From a plasmid, in the sequence record NZ_CP012741.1: 64,000 nt of DNA. The stretch is one strand, 5' to 3'. Below are positions 49,577 through 59,963 of this stretch, piece after piece (within the stretch, counting starts at the first letter, position 1; each line of letters opens with the position of its first letter). Below the pieces are notes generated by a model. That model saw only the letters and a program-made list of their open reading frames with translations, searched no databases and was not told the origin of the DNA. Made by a program: the position numbers and the translations under genes.

Positions 49577-50053
49577 ATGCGCTATAGATAAGTATTTAAC
49601 GTAACTACACTTAGTGCGAACCTAGATTTAGACGCAAGAACAACTCCCAATTGGGAGCCGTTCTTCGTTACGGAGTCACGCAAGTGCGATTTTACTCATC
49701 GTATTAGCTCTTCACAACCCACTTTGCCATACCAGTAGTTTTTTCAGTCTTTGCTAATGTTCGACTTTCCGAAAATGATAATTGTCCAAAAACGTGTTAC
49801 ACCGCCAAATTTTTCAACTCCTTGCTGCGTGGGTTTACATTTTAATTTCGCATTACGGATGATATGTTAAATGAGTGGCTGTTAACAAAAAGGCTTGATG
49901 GTTAGGAATTTCAATCCCTAACCACCAAGCTTTCGGGCGAGATAAAGCATTGTTTAATGAGTGATCGCACTAAAGGTAAACTGAACTAATGAGGATTTAA
50001 CCAGCTAATTGGTCGTTTTTGCGTCTATTTTCCTGATTTTAGATAGATTTATC

Positions 50054-51000
50054 CTAGGCTGGCACACCAAGACGCCGTGATTCGCGTATGCTCATTCGGC
50101 GATTATTCAGTAGCTCTCGATTTTTTGAACCCGCTGTAAAACCGGTAAACACCATTCTTTTTCCGCACAATACACACTGATACGGGTCGTTACCTGTAAA
50201 GCCTTTGTATTGTTTCGCATACGTGAGCAGCTCTGGCTGCTTTGGTGCTTTCTCTCCCAGAGCTAAATACACCAGAGGAAGCAACCGCCCCCGTTTTCGG
50301 TTCGACAGAAAACCGTAGTAACGCACCATTTTCAAATGGTGCTGTGGGATATGGCTCACGTACCGCAATATCATTTATTCTTGTGTCAACGTTTTCGTTT
50401 TGTATTTGCCATCTCGATGGTCTAGATACTTAAACACCACTGTGCTTCCACTGTAATGACGCAGTCTCGATGCGGATATCGGGGGGCGCTTCAGGTAACG
50501 ACCCAGATAATTTACCGTCTGTTTTAGTTCTTGCGTTTTCTGAGCAAATTCCAGTAACGTTGGTATTGGCGCTCTAAGAAGAAGTGCCATTGGCGAGAGT
50601 CCTGGGTGTGGTTTGTGCTCGATGTCAATAAGTTAAGCTCGCCGTACTTTCGTCTGAGTAACCCGATTAAGCATCGGCGCCAGTGGTATTCCACATGCTT
50701 CTTTTTAAAGTAGATGGACCGCCAGATGTTGTGCTTATCTAACCCTCCTCGTGTCACGGATAAGTGAATGTGCGGATGCCAGTTGAGACCGCGACCGTAG
50801 GTATGGAGCGCACCGAATATACCAACTTCAAGCCCATGCTTCTTCGCCCACTTCAGTAGTGTGTCTGCCGCCAATGAGAACAAGTCATTGAGCAGTGTCG
50901 GATTGGCTTCGAAGATAGGCCTGAGCTCGCTCGGCATGGTGAACGTGATGTGTTGATGCTCACAGTATGGCATGGCATCAAGCTGAGAATTACCGACCAT
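50054..51000 (-). pseudogene. IS91-family (HUH Y2) transposase, frameshifted and N-terminally truncated
   Basis: ALHTYGRGLNWHPHIHLSVTRGGL motif; three consecutive ORFs in different frames; abuts inverted repeat B. Confidence 0.7.
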
Positions 51001-51592
51001 TTTGAAACTATTTGCCAGAGCCTACTTCATTAACAATTGCAGCAGTCAAAGTCGGACCAAAACCAGGGATATTCTTAACTGCCTCACACCTTGGATTTTG
51101 TTGGCTCAATCTGGTTATGCTTTGAGTAACTTCATCAATTTCGTCGCTGGTATTGATAAGGTTGCAGTACGACGTTTAAAGCAAACTTCTCATAACATGA
51201 GACAACTGATTCTCAGCATCTTCAATCGCTAACGGTAAATGACTCCGCAGTGATTTAATCGACATGATTATTACTCCTGTTCTTACTGGTTGCACCATTA
51301 GTTTGGTACATCGGAGCTGGAAGGGAGGAGTGTCCATCACATCAAAGCCTAAAAAATTACAACGCACAAACTAGTTAAACTTACGCAAAAAGCCGCATTT
51401 AAACAATAGTGATAATGATAATCATTATTGATTGATTGGCATAACTATGCCAATATGACGGCGTCATAGTCATAACACTGCTAGATGTTAACATTTGTTA
51501 AATGGATCAATGCTTTATTTGTATAAATAATAGTCATTGATGAGTCTTAATCGGGGGAAGGGATAATGTAACAACATTGAGGCTAGAACGAC
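50979..51592 (-). mobile_element. IS110-family 3' half, inverted repeat B (mirror of 47547-48161)
   Basis: Direct comparison of reverse complements. Confidence 0.65.
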
Positions 51593-52200
51593 TTGGTTAT
51601 GACTCAAATAGATTGATGGGTGTTAATATAGCTACCTGATTTCTGATGTTTTTTAACTCATTGCTACTATCCAAGTTCAATGTTGTTTCTGTAATAAAAC
51701 TGAGCCTGTCCGTAAACATGGAAACGGGCATTCTGGCTTTCCTCGTTTCAGGAGTGTCGAAAGAGCTTTCAACTCTATTACGTTTACGAAGTCCGCAAGC
51801 TAGATGTAAAAGAAAAAATCGCCGATTGCTTTGGTATGCATAAGAGCTACGTTATAAGCGCATCATTACTCATGCATTTAGTAAACGTAATACGGATGCA
51901 TTGCGAGCGCTACTAACTTTACTAAAGCCGTTCGAAATCAGCTTTTTTCTCCGATGACTTCAGTGCCTACACGAAAGAGCGACCAAGAGAGGAGCACGTT
52001 GTAGATAAAAGGTTCACTCAACGAATTGAGTGAACCCATCTGACATTACGTTCAAGATTGAAGCGCCTTGTTCGTAAAACGATTGGCTTTTCAAAATCAA
52101 AATAGATGCATGATAACGTTATAGGGACGTTTATTGAGCGGGAATTCTACATTTGAGTCATGACCAAACCATTTATGGAAACTACGGAGTTAAATTAAAA

Positions 52201-53598
52201 ATGAACAGAATCAAAAACATATCTTTACTCATATTAATTAGTATAGGGTTAGCCGGATGTAATGGCTCATCAGAAGGCAAAAATTCTTTAGATGGGGCTG
52301 GGGAAGATGGGAAGGCTATTATTATACCTAAACCTTTATCCTTCGACAAAAACATGAGGAAAAACCATCTAAATCTATCTCCTGACTCTCCTCTAGGCGA
52401 TTACCGTGTATCTTTGAGTTACCAAGGAAATGTAATGGCAGTGGTTAACACTGGTTCTAAAAACTCTAACGTGAGAATGTACACCAAATCGAATAGTAAA
52501 TGGGTTCTCTCTAATAGCATTGTATCCGATAGCCGGACTTTCGGGGCTGGCGTTACGGTTAGTTCGAATGGTAAATACGTATTTATCACTGATAAATATG
52601 AGGATAACAATGGTGTCGAAAATACAGGTAAGGTTCTAGTCTATAAATATAACGGAAAAGAATTTTTCGTCGCCCAGGAATTAATTAGGACAGATACAAG
52701 AGAAAATGGAAATTTTGGAAGCAGCATTTCTGTTAGCTCTAATGGAAAGTTATTAGTTGTAAGTGCAGCTCAAAACACCCCCTCTGAAGGTAAGAAGGGA
52801 GGAGTTTACACATATAAACTTAACGAAAACCTCGATATGTGGGAATTTGCCCAAGAATTAGATTTTAATAAAGACGAGCCTTACTTCGGGGATGACTTAG
52901 CAGTTAGCGGAGATGGAAGCACCATTATCGCTTCAGACATATACGGGAACGTATATATCTATGGCAACGACAACGATAAGTTTGTTAGAAAAGCGACTTT
53001 AAGAATAGAAGCGCCTGTTTCTTCCATCTCTATAAATCAAAACGGAACGTCATTCACAGTATCAGATTTTAATAGTCAGCTATTTCACTACGAAACAAAA
53101 AATGGTGCATACTCAAAAACATTAATAACTAAACCTATCAGCGATAAGGTTTACGATAGTTACCCAGGTTACAAGTTTGCGGAAAAAGCACAGATAAGCC
53201 AAAGCGGAGATGTAATTTTAGTTTCTGCAAATTCAGATTTCTACGCTCCTCCTGCCGATTCTATAGTTAGCGGAAAAACCTTGACAAATATACTTACCAA
53301 GAAAGAGGAATGCTCACCTAAATATTCTTGGAGTAATGAAACAACTAAGATTAAGACTGGCGCTATCCTTGTTTACAAACGAAACGCGAGCGGCGATTGG
53401 ATTCTACATCAATATATGAAGCCTGATCTATCTAAAATTCGTTCATACAAAGGAAAGGATATTTGCGATCAAGATTATTTGAACGGTTACAAGGGAGAGC
53501 GCTTTTTAGAGAACGGAATTTCATTCTCTCTTTCCGGCAGTTCTTTGGTTCAGACGACGATCAATGGGAATATATTCGAATATACCAACCAGCAATAG
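52201..53598 (+). CDS. Lipoprotein with FG-GAP/integrin-alpha-like beta-propeller repeats; low GC; start adjusted to MNRIKN
   Basis: LAGC lipobox; repeated FGxxVxVSxNGkxxxV...G.VYVY units. Confidence 0.55.
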   Translation: MNRIKNISLLILISIGLAGCNGSSEGKNSLDGAGEDGKAIIIPKPLSFDKNMRKNHLNLSPDSPLGDYRVSLSYQGNVMAVVNTGSKNSNVRMYTKSNSKWVLSNSIVSDSRTFGAGVTVSSNGKYVFITDKYEDNNGVENTGKVLVYKYNGKEFFVAQELIRTDTRENGNFGSSISVSSNGKLLVVSAAQNTPSEGKKGGVYTYKLNENLDMWEFAQELDFNKDEPYFGDDLAVSGDGSTIIASDIYGNVYIYGNDNDKFVRKATLRIEAPVSSISINQNGTSFTVSDFNSQLFHYETKNGAYSKTLITKPISDKVYDSYPGYKFAEKAQISQSGDVILVSANSDFYAPPADSIVSGKTLTNILTKKEECSPKYSWSNETTKIKTGAILVYKRNASGDWILHQYMKPDLSKIRSYKGKDICDQDYLNGYKGERFLENGISFSLSGSSLVQTTINGNIFEYTNQQ

Positions 53599-54450
53599 GC
53601 ACTTAGAACCTATATCAATAGGATTTGTCTGAGTTAAATCAACACCTATTGAGAAAAGAGTCCTGAAAAAGTAGCGAAGAACACCTTGTTGAAGCTCAAA
53701 AACTGAGTGCGAAGCTAGAAGGTCAATTAATGCAAAATCAAAAGAAGTAAGAGAATATTAAAAAATATTTACACCTTAATCGTATGCATACGATTAAGGT
53801 GTAAATTATATTATGAAATCATCTTTACATGAAATCATAGCTCGCTGATAGAAAAGAGAAAATGCTGATTAATTCGGGTGTACAGCGATATGCGCTTGAT
53901 GTGTTTCTGCATTCCTCTCTTTCATTTCAGCAAGGAAAAGTCCGTGCTGATTTATCGAGTTGATAAGTTCCGGTGCTATCATCCAACTGGATGAGCATTG
54001 AAAGCAGAGCAACTTATTTTTGCTGATGCTCAAAGCCATACTCTCTGATCTTCATTATCTAAACGTTCTTGCTCTGTCATGGCGAACTTCAACACTTCTC
54101 GTAACCGCTTGAAGGTAAGGAGTCTTTGAGTTTCCTTACCTTCAAGATAGCGATGCTACGCATCGAGCTAGGGCGCTATTAGTCCATTGATTTTATTATC
54201 ATTCAGAGTGCGCTATCCTCCCCCTTTCAGAAAACAATTCAACCTATCAACACTCTCATGAAAAAAGTAAAACTCGGCTTCTATGCCGTAAAATTCGGCT
54301 CGGTCGCACTTTGCCACGGCGCATCTTTGGTTGTCACTCACGATAAAAGCACATTGCGAGAACTGGCTCCGGTCAACAAAGGTCATGTATAGAGCGTCAA
54401 CTAGCTTGACCGATCCAGCGTCAATTAGCTTGGCCGGTTGAGACCCTGTT

Positions 54451-55200
54451 TTATAGTAGGTTTCGTTGCGCTTCTTTCCTCCTGTAACTTTCCCCTTGGC
54501 ATTGCAAGATTTTCGCGTGATGGATCAGTCTATCTATGGCTGCCACCGTCATCACTGTATTGTCGAACAGTTCATCCCACTCCTCGAACGATTGATTTGA
54601 TGTAATGATTAAGCTATATCGTTCATAGCGATGGGCTATTAGCTCGAACAGCACGCTTGTCTCCTCACTCGTTTTTTGGACATAACCTATATCATCTAAG
54701 ATAAGCACACTGTACTTATCCAGCTTCATTAAGGCTTCTGATAGTTTCAGCTCTTCCTTCGCTTGTTGAAGTTGCTGTACCAGTAAGTTTGCACTCATGA
54801 ACTTAACCCGCTGACCATGCTCGATCAGCTTGTATCCAAGCCCAGCAGCTAAATGCGTCTTGCCTAACCCACTGGCTCCGAACAGTAAGAGGTTGTCGCC
54901 CGTTTTCACCCATTCTCTATGGTTGGCTAAGTGCCACACTTGTCCTTTGTCTATCCCTCCCACCGCGGTAAAGTCATAGTTATCAAGGTACTTGCCCGCT
55001 GGAAGGTTGGATTCCTTTAAGTGGCGCTGCAAGCGCTTTTCTTCTCGGCTATCTAGCTCTAGTCGGCATAACTCAGCAAGGTAACGTTCTACCGACCAAC
55101 TTTGCTCGCGAGCCTTATCTGCCATTGGCTCCCATTGGGAGACAAGACTACTGAGGCGTAACGATTTGAGAAGAAGAGGGAGGATATGCTGCTCTGACAT
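54451..55200 (-). CDS. istB: IstB, IS21 helper ATPase
   Basis: Walker A GASGLGKTHLA; 249 aa. Confidence 0.85.
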   Translation of the reverse strand: MSEQHILPLLLKSLRLSSLVSQWEPMADKAREQSWSVERYLAELCRLELDSREEKRLQRHLKESNLPAGKYLDNYDFTAVGGIDKGQVWHLANHREWVKTGDNLLLFGASGLGKTHLAAGLGYKLIEHGQRVKFMSANLLVQQLQQAKEELKLSEALMKLDKYSVLILDDIGYVQKTSEETSVLFELIAHRYERYSLIITSNQSFEEWDELFDNTVMTVAAIDRLIHHAKILQCQGESYRRKEAQRNLL

Positions 55201-56732
55201 TAGTTTACCCCCTCTAAGATTTGTTGATAGCTCGACAGTCTGTGCTGCTCTACCTTAGGGCTCTCCGCCCAGCTTTCATCTTTTAAGAACCTATCTTCGC
55301 AGTCGAACAGTGTTGGTAGGCGGCCTATACGTATCCCATCAAGCACGAACCTGCCAACAGTATCTTCTCTCTCCGATTTGTTGGCGATATTCAATAATCT
55401 CACCATGTAGAGGCTTGCCTCATCCATCGTAAGATGCGTATCAACGTACTGCCAGATTTGGCGGTAGTCATCGCTAGGAAGCATCTGATCTCGCCACTGA
55501 CATCCCCTGAACGCTCGTGGCTTCTTCATTAAGGAGCCAATAATATGTCTGTAATCAATTTGATGCCCACGACGACAGGACTGGGTATGTACCCTCTCTA
55601 GACTTAAGGTGTGTTCATCATGGCAGTAGATTTCTAGTGTTTTGTCATAGAGATGAACACGGACGGTTCCGCCGATAAGGCGGGACGGCACTGAGTAAGT
55701 GACTCTCTTAAGTTGGATCGTACTTGTCGTCGAGACTTTCAGTACATGAACTGTGTAATTGACGCTGGCGAACTTTGGTAGTGGTTGTAATTGTCGCTGC
55801 TCGTCAATTAGAAGCGGCTTAGAGCGGCGATTACGTCGCTCAACGAGTTGTTCTACGAACAACTCGTACTCTTCTTTTGTGTTGAAGTCATAAGAGCCTC
55901 GTATTGCTAAGGCTTGGCGGACCTGATTTTTTAGGTGGTTATTCGCACTTTCTATCGCCCCATTCTCATGTGCGACACCGGTATTATTTTTCGTTGGCTT
56001 GAAGCCATAATGCATGGCAAGTTGTTGGAAGTTATCAGTAAACTGACGTTCACTGGTGTTATTTTTATACGCAGCACTTAAGCTGTCCGTTCTAACCTCA
56101 AGCGGAACACCACCTGAACGTTCAAAAGCCCCTTGTAGCCCCGTCGCAACCGCTGTAAAGCTTTCTCCACCATAAACAACCTCGGCATGGCTCCAGCCAC
56201 TGGCAGGTAAGCGATAATTGAACAGGCGATGCTCAAGCGTTTCACCTTGTATCGTGACGGTGAAATCAGCCCAGGTAAAATCCATGATCCCTTGCCGTCC
56301 AAACTCCTTTTCCTGTCGAAAGATCACCTCCTTATCTTCACCATGCAGAAGGCGCCATTTACGGACACGACGCTCTAACGTACGTCGATGTTTCGGTAAG
56401 AATACGTCGCTATGCTCTTCACATAAGTGATCGAAAATACCGACAGGGGTAATTGTCGCGCTTCGCTCAAGGAGCGGAACGACGACAGGCTCCCAAACTG
56501 CTTCAAGAGGGTCTTTTCGTGTTCGGTATTCTCTAGGTTTGAGTGGACCTAATTGTCGTTGGCCTGATTCAATGCGACGAGCAGAGCGCTCAGAGAAGCC
56601 AGCCTTAGCGGCAGAAGTGGTTTGTGTTTTGTCTTTACGATTAGCCATGTATAGCCTTATTTGTTGATCTGTAATTCGTTTTCCTGGCACAAAGCTTTCC
56701 AATAGAGAGTTTGTCCCAATGTAGCAGATCAA
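55200..56732 (-). CDS. istA: IstA, IS21 transposase
   Basis: 510 aa, DDE region, 1-nt overlap with istB. Confidence 0.85.
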   Translation of the reverse strand: MICYIGTNSLLESFVPGKRITDQQIRLYMANRKDKTQTTSAAKAGFSERSARRIESGQRQLGPLKPREYRTRKDPLEAVWEPVVVPLLERSATITPVGIFDHLCEEHSDVFLPKHRRTLERRVRKWRLLHGEDKEVIFRQEKEFGRQGIMDFTWADFTVTIQGETLEHRLFNYRLPASGWSHAEVVYGGESFTAVATGLQGAFERSGGVPLEVRTDSLSAAYKNNTSERQFTDNFQQLAMHYGFKPTKNNTGVAHENGAIESANNHLKNQVRQALAIRGSYDFNTKEEYELFVEQLVERRNRRSKPLLIDEQRQLQPLPKFASVNYTVHVLKVSTTSTIQLKRVTYSVPSRLIGGTVRVHLYDKTLEIYCHDEHTLSLERVHTQSCRRGHQIDYRHIIGSLMKKPRAFRGCQWRDQMLPSDDYRQIWQYVDTHLTMDEASLYMVRLLNIANKSEREDTVGRFVLDGIRIGRLPTLFDCEDRFLKDESWAESPKVEQHRLSSYQQILEGVN

Positions 56733-56781
56733 CCGGCCAATCTAATTGTCGCTGAACCGGTCAGGCTAATTGTCGCTCAAT

Positions 56782-57089
56782 AGCCAGCATCAAGACAGAG
56801 TATTCACTTTAGTTCATTGCACTTGCTGGCTGCGCTGAACCTTTCTTTTGTCATCCGACAGGAAACTATCGTATTAATACGTATGAGCCAGTGGAATAAC
56901 ACAAAAAGCCATATTGAAAATGGAAAGAATCACTGACCACATTTCCGCTTCGCGGGCCTAGCAAGGCAACGGGGCAAATTTTGTGCCGTTACCTTCTTGG
57001 CCAACAATAACACCTGGAGAAATCTTAAGTCCCCTTCTTACTCGCTTTGCTCGCGCGTTCTAGTATTCGTCGCGCAGCGACTCATGAAA
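56782..57089 (+). repeat. Direct repeat DR2 (copy of 39990-40297), immediately abutting the IS21 end
   Basis: Direct comparison. Confidence 0.75.
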
Positions 57090-57175
57090 CACTAGGTGAC
57101 GCCGTCACATTGAGCGGAATGAAAAAATGGCGAAATGCCTTAACACTTCGCCATCATGTCTAATGAGTCAAGTTG

Positions 57176-57601
57176 TCAACAAAGTTCATTTCTTGCTGCT
57201 ATAGCCAAGAAATGACTTCTGTCTCGATAGAGGTCGCTATTCTCTACTTTACGATCGATTACCGCTAGTAACGATTCTGGTAGAGAAATATTGACCCTTT
57301 GGCTTTTTCCGCTGTATCTGCTTACGTCAATTTCTATCTGTAACCAAACATCACAAAAACGGTAGGCTTCATCTTCTCGATAAGCCAGTGCTCCTTGGTC
57401 TTCGAGTCCTAACACATCAAAGCCATCGGCAAGCATTTCTTCTAAAATACTTTCTATCGCTTCTGCTGAATGTGCCGCTATCTCTTTACTGCTATCTGAT
57501 GCGCTATAGCAGGAATAACGGTCATTACAAAGAGCTGGAACGACGATCCCGTAAGAGGAATCTTTATCTTTTGGTGTTTCTACACCCAATGTAAACCACA
57601 T
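57176..57601 (-). CDS. hicB: HicB-family antitoxin; start adjusted to MWFTLGVE with SD ggaggt
   Basis: MWFTLGVE...GIVVPAL RNase-H-like N-domain; C-terminal RHH. Confidence 0.75.
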   Translation of the reverse strand: MWFTLGVETPKDKDSSYGIVVPALCNDRYSCYSASDSSKEIAAHSAEAIESILEEMLADGFDVLGLEDQGALAYREDEAYRFCDVWLQIEIDVSRYSGKSQRVNISLPESLLAVIDRKVENSDLYRDRSHFLAIAARNELC

Positions 57602-57622
57602 CGTTACCTCCAAGTGCGCGGG

Positions 57623-57805
57623 CTAGATGCCCGCGTCTTTTTTGATAGAACGTACTGTGCCTATTGGTAAGGAGCCTTTCGGGTGAGGCACCGGAAATTT
57701 TTTACCAGAGATTGGAGATTTCCAGATCTGGTGACTTCCTTTGCCATGCCTTACAAACTCACATCCTGCGGCGAGTAGTTCATCTATTAGGTCTTTAGAT
57801 TTCAT
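57623..57805 (-). CDS. hicA: HicA mRNA-interferase toxin
   Basis: 60 aa; GKGSHQIW ... PHPKGSLPIGTVRSI YcfA/HicA pattern. Confidence 0.75.
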   Translation of the reverse strand: MKSKDLIDELLAAGCEFVRHGKGSHQIWKSPISGKKFPVPHPKGSLPIGTVRSIKKDAGI

Positions 57806-57988
57806 ATTGCCTCCGACCTAACAAGCATTATACACACGCGTGTGTATAATGTAAAGTTCGTCTGTTATATCTATTCTAAGTTGATTTATTTGTCATTTAA
57901 CATGCTGTTTTTATTCAATAAAAACAGCATGAGACAAACCATGAATCTATAGAATATTTTTCTTGAACTCTTAGTTATTCAGCGTATA

Positions 57989-58102
57989 GTAATTGAGTAA
58001 TTGAGTAATTGAGTAATTGAGTAATTGAGTAATTGAGTAATTGAGTAATTGAGTAATTGAGTAATTGAGTAATTGAGTAATTGAGTAATTGAGTAATTGA
58101 GT
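57989..58102 (+). repeat. Tandem array of 14 copies of GTAATTGA (TAATTGAG unit) immediately upstream of parA
   Basis: Counted directly; runs into the parA start codon region. Confidence 0.9.
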
Positions 58103-58738
58103 ATGGCTAATATTATTGCAGTTTTGAATCCGAAAGGTGGTGCAGGAAAAACCACCATTGCTTTACATTTATCTAGAGCGTTGAAGGAACACGGCTCTGT
58201 TCTTATGGTTGATTCTGACCCTCAAGGATCAGCACGAGACTGGGCTGAACAAGGAGGTGGTGATTCTTTTCCTATTGTTGGAGTTGACCGAGCAGGGGCA
58301 CTTAAAAGTACGATACAGCAAATAGCGCCTTCGTATGACTGGGTTGTTATTGATGGTGCAGCTAAGCTTGAAGAAATGGCCGCTCATGCTGTGAGTATTG
58401 CTGAGCTTATCATAATTCCAGTGCAGCCATCCCCATTAGATCTGTGGGCTTGTGAAACTTTAGTTAGTCAAATTAAGCAACGTCAAATTATTACTGACGG
58501 TATTCCGACCGCTGCATTCCAAATCTCCAGAGCTAAAAAGGGGACGACTTTGGCAAAGGATGTTCGAAAAGTTGTTGCTGAGTATGATCTTCCTTTGCTT
58601 GATGGAAATATCCATGATCGCACCGTTTTTGCTAAATCCTTATCAGAGGGCTCTACTGCTATCGATGTTGAACCTAATGGTGCAGCGGCGTTTGAAATTC
58701 GTCACTTAGTGAAGCAAATAGTTAAAGGGTTTGAGTGA
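58103..58738 (+). CDS. parA: Small ParA partition ATPase (type Ib-like, ~212 aa)
   Basis: KGGAGKTT Walker A; no N-terminal HTH; ATG start at MANIIAVLN. Confidence 0.85.
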   Translation: MANIIAVLNPKGGAGKTTIALHLSRALKEHGSVLMVDSDPQGSARDWAEQGGGDSFPIVGVDRAGALKSTIQQIAPSYDWVVIDGAAKLEEMAAHAVSIAELIIIPVQPSPLDLWACETLVSQIKQRQIITDGIPTAAFQISRAKKGTTLAKDVRKVVAEYDLPLLDGNIHDRTVFAKSLSEGSTAIDVEPNGAAAFEIRHLVKQIVKGFE

Positions 58739-58958
58739 AATGTTGAAGATAAAAAAAACAGGGGAAGGGCACCAACATCCACAAATAGAGGAGATTAAGA
58801 AGGTGATAACTAAAGAAGCTACAAAACGTTTAAATGCAGAACTACCCAAGAGTTTTTATTTGCAAGTTAAAAATTTCGCCGCTGAAAACGATATGTCTAT
58901 CACCGACTTAACTAAGAAAGCCTTGACAGAGTTTATGTCTCAATCAAAAATTGAGTAA
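58731..58958 (+). CDS. ParG-like ribbon-helix-helix centromere-binding protein (75 aa)
   Basis: C-terminal RHH-like PKSFYLQVKNFAAENDMSITDLTKKALTEFM; overlaps the parA stop; its stop lies inside the first downstream repeat. Confidence 0.6.
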   Translation: MSEMLKIKKTGEGHQHPQIEEIKKVITKEATKRLNAELPKSFYLQVKNFAAENDMSITDLTKKALTEFMSQSKIE

Positions 58959-59052
58959 TTGAGTAATTGAGTAATTGAGTAATTGAGTAATTGAGTAATT
59001 GAGTAATTGAGTAATTGAGTAATTGAGTAATTGAGTAATTGAGTAATTGAGT
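58951..59052 (+). repeat. Second TAATTGAG tandem array (~12.7 copies) immediately downstream of the par operon, same orientation
   Basis: Counted directly. Confidence 0.9.
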
Positions 59053-59113
59053 CCTCTCAGTGCAATCGCCAAATCCCACTGAGAGGGCATCCGACCCTAT
59101 AGGAGAGACCAAG

Positions 59114-59290
59114 ATGCAAGTGAATTGTAGCATTAACCACACCCTAAACCAAAGCGCTACTAACGAAGAACTCGATATGTTGCTCAGTCTGATGAAGCGC
59201 AACTACTTTCGTCCCAACCAGCAAGAAGTGATTGCTGCCTTTGTTGGTCGACAAGCCATTAAAAACTTCCTGGAAGAGTTCGAGCATTAA
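59114..59290 (+). CDS. small hypothetical protein (58 aa; start adjusted to MQVNCS with SD ggagag)
   Basis: ORF track 59060-59290. Confidence 0.3.
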   Translation: MQVNCSINHTLNQSATNEELDMLLSLMKRNYFRPNQQEVIAAFVGRQAIKNFLEEFEH

Positions 59291-59963
59291 CTTGTTATAT
59301 AGAATGCCACTCCGTGGTGGTGATTAGATACAATATGTTAAATAGAGGAATTTGCCCTGACTTTTGCCGCTTAGGGAGCAGACCGAGCGACAACCTGGTG
59401 AAAGTAGGGGCTTTCCTCTCTAAGAACCCTCAAAACCATTCTGAAAGTTAATTACAGTTTTTGGCCAAATGTTAATTGATTGTGATGCGTTTTCATTTCG
59501 TCGTGATCTTGTCTCTTAATCCCCAAAATGATCGGTTTTCCTTTCTATTTGATAGGGCTTCAAAATGAAACTCGGATGTAAGTCGTTTTTGGACATAAAC
59601 GTGTTTATAGTTTGCTCTATTTGGTCTGATAGGTATTAGAAAAAGTATGGATATTGCCTCTATGAAGTACTTTTTGGGATACAAAAAGACCGCCACGATG
59701 GACGGCCATTTAACAACACCCAGATCAGTATAAGTCTGATTTTTTCGTTCAGTATCTTTATGAGAATAGCTAACGCGTGTGTACAACCTTGCAACTTTCA
59801 TCGATGGGCAGCCAAATAAGGTATAGCTCATTTGAGCTAGTGCATAACGTTAAAATGTATAATAAAACACAAAAACTATACACGATGCGTTAGATATGTA
59901 TAATTTAAGGGGATATTTATACATTAACTTGTCGCCAAGTATAAAAAAGGAAGCAATTTAGCT

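Larger units (their letters stand above)
54385..56780 (-). mobile_element. IS21-family insertion sequence (istA + istB) with multiple terminal repeats (gtcaattagc-type)
   Basis: istA/istB gene pair; repeated terminal motifs at both ends; boundaries approximate. Confidence 0.75.

Noticed and set aside
57989-59052. CRISPR array
   Set aside because: Perfect 8-bp tandem repeats with no spacers; they flank a parA/RHH operon and are centromere-like.
58933-59202. ORF-track minus-strand ORF (89 aa)
   Set aside because: It is a translation of the tandem repeat array (LLNYSITQ repeated); spurious.
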